Shown in pieces: positions 60,290 through 64,000 of a DNA stretch of 64,000 nucleotides. A program made the translations under genes and the position numbers. How positions within the stretch are numbered: position 1 is the first letter of the stretch; every line of letters starts with the position of its first letter. The notes below the pieces were generated by a model, which was given only the letters and a program-made list of their open reading frames with translations, ran no database searches and had not been told where the DNA came from. The stretch is from Alphaproteobacteria bacterium (GTDB taxonomy: Bacteria > Pseudomonadota > Alphaproteobacteria > Bin95): NCBI GenBank assembly GCA_041687435.1, contig JAWLBX010000011.1, forward strand, positions 52,918 through 116,917. The letters are read 5' to 3'.

Positions 60290-61354
60290 CTATTGCCGCG
60301 TCACGCGACGCGGCAGCAGAACGTATAGCCGACCGCGGGATTGCATGCGACCGGCAAGATCGACGGCACGAGCGCCTGCACCCCAGAAGAAATCGGCACG
60401 ATCCGGCCCCTTGATAGCGCTGCCGGTATCTTGTGCAACGGTCAGCCGCTGCAGGCGGCCTTTCGCCCGCGGGTCCGGATGCTCCACGTCGAGCCAGACC
60501 GGCAGGCCATAGGGAGTATGCCGCGGATCGACTGCCAGCGACCGTTCTGGCACCAGCGCCACCGCCTGTGCGCCGACCGGCCCGGCGCCATCGACCGGAC
60601 GGAAGAAGATATAGCGCGGATTCCGTTGCATCATTGCGCGGCCAGCATCCGGATGGGCGCGCAGCCAGGCGGCAATGCTCTGCATCGCGATATTCTCGCG
60701 CGCGATCTGGCCGCCCGCAACCAGATCGCGGCCGATTGCATGGTAGGGCTGGCCATTGTCGCCGGCATAGCCGATCCGCTGGATCGAACCGTCCGGGAAA
60801 CGCACTTGGCCAGACCCCTGAATGTGCAGGAAGAACGCGTCGACCGGGTCCGCAAGCCACAACAATTCGAGCCCCTGGCCATCCAATCCGCCGGCATCGA
60901 TTGCCGCGCGGGGCAATTGCCGCCGCGGGCTGGAGGCAGGCGGTGCGCGGTAAATCGGTACCGGATAGGCTTCCGCTGGCTTGCGCGAGCCGGCGAGCGA
61001 TGGCTCGAAATAGCCTGTGACCAGCGCGTCCTCTGTCATTCGGCCAACGGCAAACCGGCGCGAAATCCAGTCGGAATCGATCGCGGCCGCCGCGTTGGCA
61101 TCACGACAGACGGCCCGCCACGCTCCGGGGTCTGCCAGGGTCTGATTCAGCCAGGGTTTGCGGGTGCATGACCGCTGGAACGCGGCCAGCCAGCCGCCGA
61201 GTCTGTCTCTGTCCCAGTCAGCAATATCGGGGCGGGTCGCTGATTCATATGCGGCCGGTTGCAAACCATCCGGCCGCTGGGAGCACCCCGCCAGCAAGGC
61301 CATTGCTGCGGCAAGCGCCAGGCGGCGAACGGGTTTGAAACGCGGCCGCCACAT
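60290..61354 (-). CDS. mltA: membrane-bound lytic murein transglycosylase A
   Basis: Internal ATG start with a lipoprotein signal (MWRPRFKPVRRLALAAAMALLAGC). A MltA-specific 3D domain is present. Confidence 0.8.
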   Translation of the reverse strand: MWRPRFKPVRRLALAAAMALLAGCSQRPDGLQPAAYESATRPDIADWDRDRLGGWLAAFQRSCTRKPWLNQTLADPGAWRAVCRDANAAAAIDSDWISRRFAVGRMTEDALVTGYFEPSLAGSRKPAEAYPVPIYRAPPASSPRRQLPRAAIDAGGLDGQGLELLWLADPVDAFFLHIQGSGQVRFPDGSIQRIGYAGDNGQPYHAIGRDLVAGGQIARENIAMQSIAAWLRAHPDAGRAMMQRNPRYIFFRPVDGAGPVGAQAVALVPERSLAVDPRHTPYGLPVWLDVEHPDPRAKGRLQRLTVAQDTGSAIKGPDRADFFWGAGARAVDLAGRMQSRGRLYVLLPRRVTRQ

Positions 61355-61364
61355 GACAAAATGG

Positions 61365-62030
61365 TCAGTCGTCGGAGGGCGCGTCCTGGATTTCCACCAG
61401 GGTCCAATTCGGATCGTTCGAACCCGTGTCGCGGGCAAACGTCCATACGTCCGTGACCGGCTCGATTACGCCATGCTGGCCCTGGGTAGCGTGGCCTTCT
61501 GCATCCCGAACGACATTGATCTGCTCCGACTCGAACCGCACGGTCACCCGCGCCATGGATCCCTGAAGGGCTGCGCCGACGATTTTGGCGTCCTTGATGC
61601 GGACCAACGTGGATTCGAACGTCTCGCCAGCGTCCTCACGCTGTCGCATTTCGCCATCCAGCGTGGAATACACCTCGTTGCTGGTCAGCGAGCGGAGCGT
61701 ATCGCGGTCGCCATTGGCAAAGGCATTCACGATCAACTCAAACGCCGTGCGCGCACCAGTTGCAAACCCATCCGGATCGAAAGACCGGTCCGCCTGCTGA
61801 ATTTCGGCCAGACTGCGCTCCACCGGGTCGGCGGATAGCCGCTTGGCCGGCATCTGGATCACGTTTTCGTCCGGCGCGCCTTTTTCATGCGGCGCGGCGC
61901 CGTCGCCGCCTGATTTCGGGTCGCGTTCATGGCCCATGCGGCGGCCGAGGACACTGCGCAGCCGCAATACCAGAAAGGCCGCAACCATTCCGAAAAACAG
62001 GATCTCCAAAAAAGCCGATCCGGCGTCCAT
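61365..62030 (-). CDS. Tim44-like domain protein
   Basis: Internal ATG start (MDAGSAFLEILFFGMVAAFLV, a transmembrane helix). The C-terminal Tim44/NTF2-like domain (WTFARD...DPNWTLVEI) is present. Confidence 0.65.
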   Translation of the reverse strand: MDAGSAFLEILFFGMVAAFLVLRLRSVLGRRMGHERDPKSGGDGAAPHEKGAPDENVIQMPAKRLSADPVERSLAEIQQADRSFDPDGFATGARTAFELIVNAFANGDRDTLRSLTSNEVYSTLDGEMRQREDAGETFESTLVRIKDAKIVGAALQGSMARVTVRFESEQINVVRDAEGHATQGQHGVIEPVTDVWTFARDTGSNDPNWTLVEIQDAPSDD

Positions 62031-62197
62031 ATTTAACGCTCCACGGCGACCGTCGCCGATTAACAGGGACAGCCGGAATGCTTGCGCGTGTTCCGACCGC
62101 TCGTGCGATATCCGGCTCAGCGCAGATTTTTGCAGGCGTGCAATTCTGCGCGTAAGCATTATATCACACATAAGCCGTCGATGCTGAAAGGGCAAGT

Positions 62198-62722
62198 ATG
62201 CTGCCGCTGTTGTTGTTTATCGGTCTCCCGATTGTCGAACTCATCCTGCTGATCAAGGCGGGGGATGCGTTCGGGTTCTGGTGGACCGTGGCGTGGATTT
62301 TTGTCAGCGCCCTCATCGGCATTGTTCTGGTGCGTCAGCAAGGGCTTGCCGCCATTGCCCGCGCCCAGGAGGCGCAGGATGCCGGCGAAGTTCCCGTTGG
62401 CGCGATCCTGACCGGAATCCGCTTGGCGTTTGCCGGTGTGTTCATGATCATTCCGGGATTCATCACGGACGCGTTCGGGCTGTTGCTGTTGTTGCCATGG
62501 ACCGGCAACGCGCTTGGCCGGGTCATGTCCGCCCGTGTCCGCATGCATTCCACCTGGATGGGCGGCCGCGGCCATGGCCACCACCACCCTGGCCGCGGAC
62601 CGGACGATGGCGAGACCATCGACGCCGAATACGAGGTGGTGCAACCCGGAAAGCCGCCGGCAACGCGGGGCGATGGCCAGCCGCCGGCACGCCGGGATGA
62701 CAATCCGTGGCAGAAGCCCTGA
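62198..62722 (+). CDS. fxsA: FxsA-family cytoplasmic membrane protein
   Basis: Starts MLPLLLFIGLPIVELILLIKAG. IIPGFITDAFGLLLLLP matches FxsA. Confidence 0.75.
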   Translation: MLPLLLFIGLPIVELILLIKAGDAFGFWWTVAWIFVSALIGIVLVRQQGLAAIARAQEAQDAGEVPVGAILTGIRLAFAGVFMIIPGFITDAFGLLLLLPWTGNALGRVMSARVRMHSTWMGGRGHGHHHPGRGPDDGETIDAEYEVVQPGKPPATRGDGQPPARRDDNPWQKP

Positions 62723-62869
62723 CCATGGACCTAGGGCGCGGTGGCCGCTTCGCGGCCAAACGCCTGGTTGAGTGGCAGGCGACGACGTGATAGCCGGCTC
62801 TAACAAATTTTCCCCGCAGCGCCGCCCGGTCTGCGGCCCCATTGTACCACCTGCCAGGATATCGCATCC

Positions 62870-63364
62870 ATGAACACCCCGACCCCGCCGAATCCCAACG
62901 CATCGACAGAAGCGCCGCTCGCGATTTCGGTTCAGTACGTCAAGGATTTCTCGTTCGAAAACCCGAACGCGCCGCAAAGCCTGACCGACATGTCGCAAGG
63001 GCCGAACATCAATGTCGACATGAATGTCGATGCGCGCCAACTGGGCGAGCGTCAGTTCGAAATCATCCTGCGCATGGGAGCCAAGGCGGAGAAAGAGGGC
63101 CGCACGATTTTCGAGGTGGAACTGCAATACGCCGGCGTCTGCCAGGTCAGCAGCGCCGTGCCGCAGGAGCAGATTTCGCCGCTGGTGATGATCGAAGGCC
63201 CGCGCATGCTGTTTCCCTTCGCGCGGGGCATCATCGCCAACGCCACCCGCGACGGCGGTTTTCCGCCGCTACTGCTGAACCCGGTCAACTTTGTCGCCCT
63301 GTATCAGCAAATGGCGCAGCAGCAGGCAGCAGCCCGCAGCAATGCCGGCGGCGAAACTGCTTAA
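62870..63364 (+). CDS. secB: protein-export chaperone
   Basis: ATG verified. A SecB-fold segment (RQFEIILRMGAKAEKEGRTIFEVELQYAGVC) is followed by an acidic/Q-rich C-terminal tail. Confidence 0.85.
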   Translation: MNTPTPPNPNASTEAPLAISVQYVKDFSFENPNAPQSLTDMSQGPNINVDMNVDARQLGERQFEIILRMGAKAEKEGRTIFEVELQYAGVCQVSSAVPQEQISPLVMIEGPRMLFPFARGIIANATRDGGFPPLLLNPVNFVALYQQMAQQQAAARSNAGGETA

Positions 63365-63384
63365 AATGCAAGGTTGACGGTCAA

Positions 63385-63411
63385 CAAAGCCCGGCCGGTT
63401 GGCCGGGCTTT
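63385..63411. terminator. bidirectional terminator hairpin between secB and dnaQ
   Basis: aaagcccggccggttggccgggcttt is an 11-bp perfect stem flanked by A and T runs, lying between convergent genes. Confidence 0.55.
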
Positions 63412-63412
63412 G

Positions 63413-64000
63413 TCATGCGGTCGAGCCTGGGTTTTCCTCCGATTCACCGCGCAGCCAGAGCGGATCCTTCAACGCCTTGGCGATGAAAGCGCGGTGCGCC
63501 TCCCGCTCTACATCGGTCGGTGCGTGCGGGCGGGGGGGGCGGATGGTGACCGGTTCCGCGGCTGTCGGCGCGAAACTGCCCTCAGCGCTGCCGCCATGCC
63601 GCTTCCTGCCGCCGGTTTGTGGCATGGAATCCGCCGCCAGCATGAAACCGGGTTGCCGCCCGCCCACCAATTCCAGATACACCGCCGCCAGCAACTGACA
63701 GTCGACCAGCGCGCCATGCAATGTGCGCACCGACAGGTCGACGCCAAAACGCCGGCACAGCGCATCCAGACTGGCCGGCGAGCCGGGAAAGCGCTTGCGT
63801 GCCATCAGCAGCGTATCAATCAGCCGTTCATAGGGCAGGCCGGGCCGCTTCACCCGCTGCAATTCCGCGTTCAGGAATTTCATATCGAACGCGCCGTTAT
63901 GGATCACCAGCGGCGAGTCGCCGATGAAGTCCAGAAATGCCCTTACTTCGGTCTTGAACAGCGGCTTGTCGCGCAGAAAATCCTCGGAAAGCCCATGCAC
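63413..64000 (-). CDS. dnaQ: DNA polymerase III epsilon subunit (3'-5' exonuclease); C-terminal part, N-terminus beyond the window
   Basis: Exo III motif region ([10 protein letters not shown]; [17 protein letters not shown]) of DnaQ-like DEDDh exonucleases. The ORF is open at the window end. Confidence 0.8.
   Translation of the reverse strand: MHGLSEDFLRDKPLFKTEVRAFLDFIGDSPLVIHNGAFDMKFLNAELQRVKRPGLPYERLIDTLLMARKRFPGSPASLDALCRRFGVDLSVRTLHGALVDCQLLAAVYLELVGGRQPGFMLAADSMPQTGGRKRHGGSAEGSFAPTAAEPVTIRPPRPHAPTDVEREAHRAFIAKALKDPLWLRGESEENPGSTA

Noticed and set aside
1-64000. Search for tRNA, rRNA, CRISPR repeats, integrases and transposases, and prophage genes
   Set aside because: I found no T-loop (GTTCGAATC-like) cloverleaf candidates, no regularly spaced direct repeats, and no recombinase or transposase motifs in any frame. 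The window appears to be stable core chromosome apart from two short lower-GC patches.

Overview
This is a high-GC (about 65%) alphaproteobacterial chromosomal segment that looks Rhodospirillales-like. It is gene-dense and mostly core-genome. Conserved blocks include proVWX, a hisB-DUF2628-hisH-GNAT-hisA-hisF-hisE-HIT operon, ileS-lspA-DUF3035-M16-M16, ribF, ptrB, and rsmB-Smr-GST-mltA-Tim44-fxsA-secB-dnaQ. I found no tRNA or rRNA genes, no CRISPR array, and no integrase or transposase. The ORF track reports non-ATG first codons (TTG, GTG) as M, so several starts were re-derived from internal ATG codons and RBS-like motifs, and coordinates may be off by a few nt. The most unusual element is a single 1001-aa protein (13098..16103, + strand) with a degenerate WD40-like repeat region at the N-terminus and a clear caspase (peptidase C14) His/Cys dyad domain at the C-terminus. 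It is preceded by a small zincin-like protein and a perfect 17-bp palindrome. Other items worth a second look are a catabolic operon with three paralogous TauD/TfdA dioxygenases, a lower-GC HExxH lipoprotein translationally coupled to a secreted partner, a 660-bp ORF-free region upstream of an orphan ribbon-helix-helix gene, and orphan CoxL-like and hydantoinase-A-like genes that lack their usual partner subunits.
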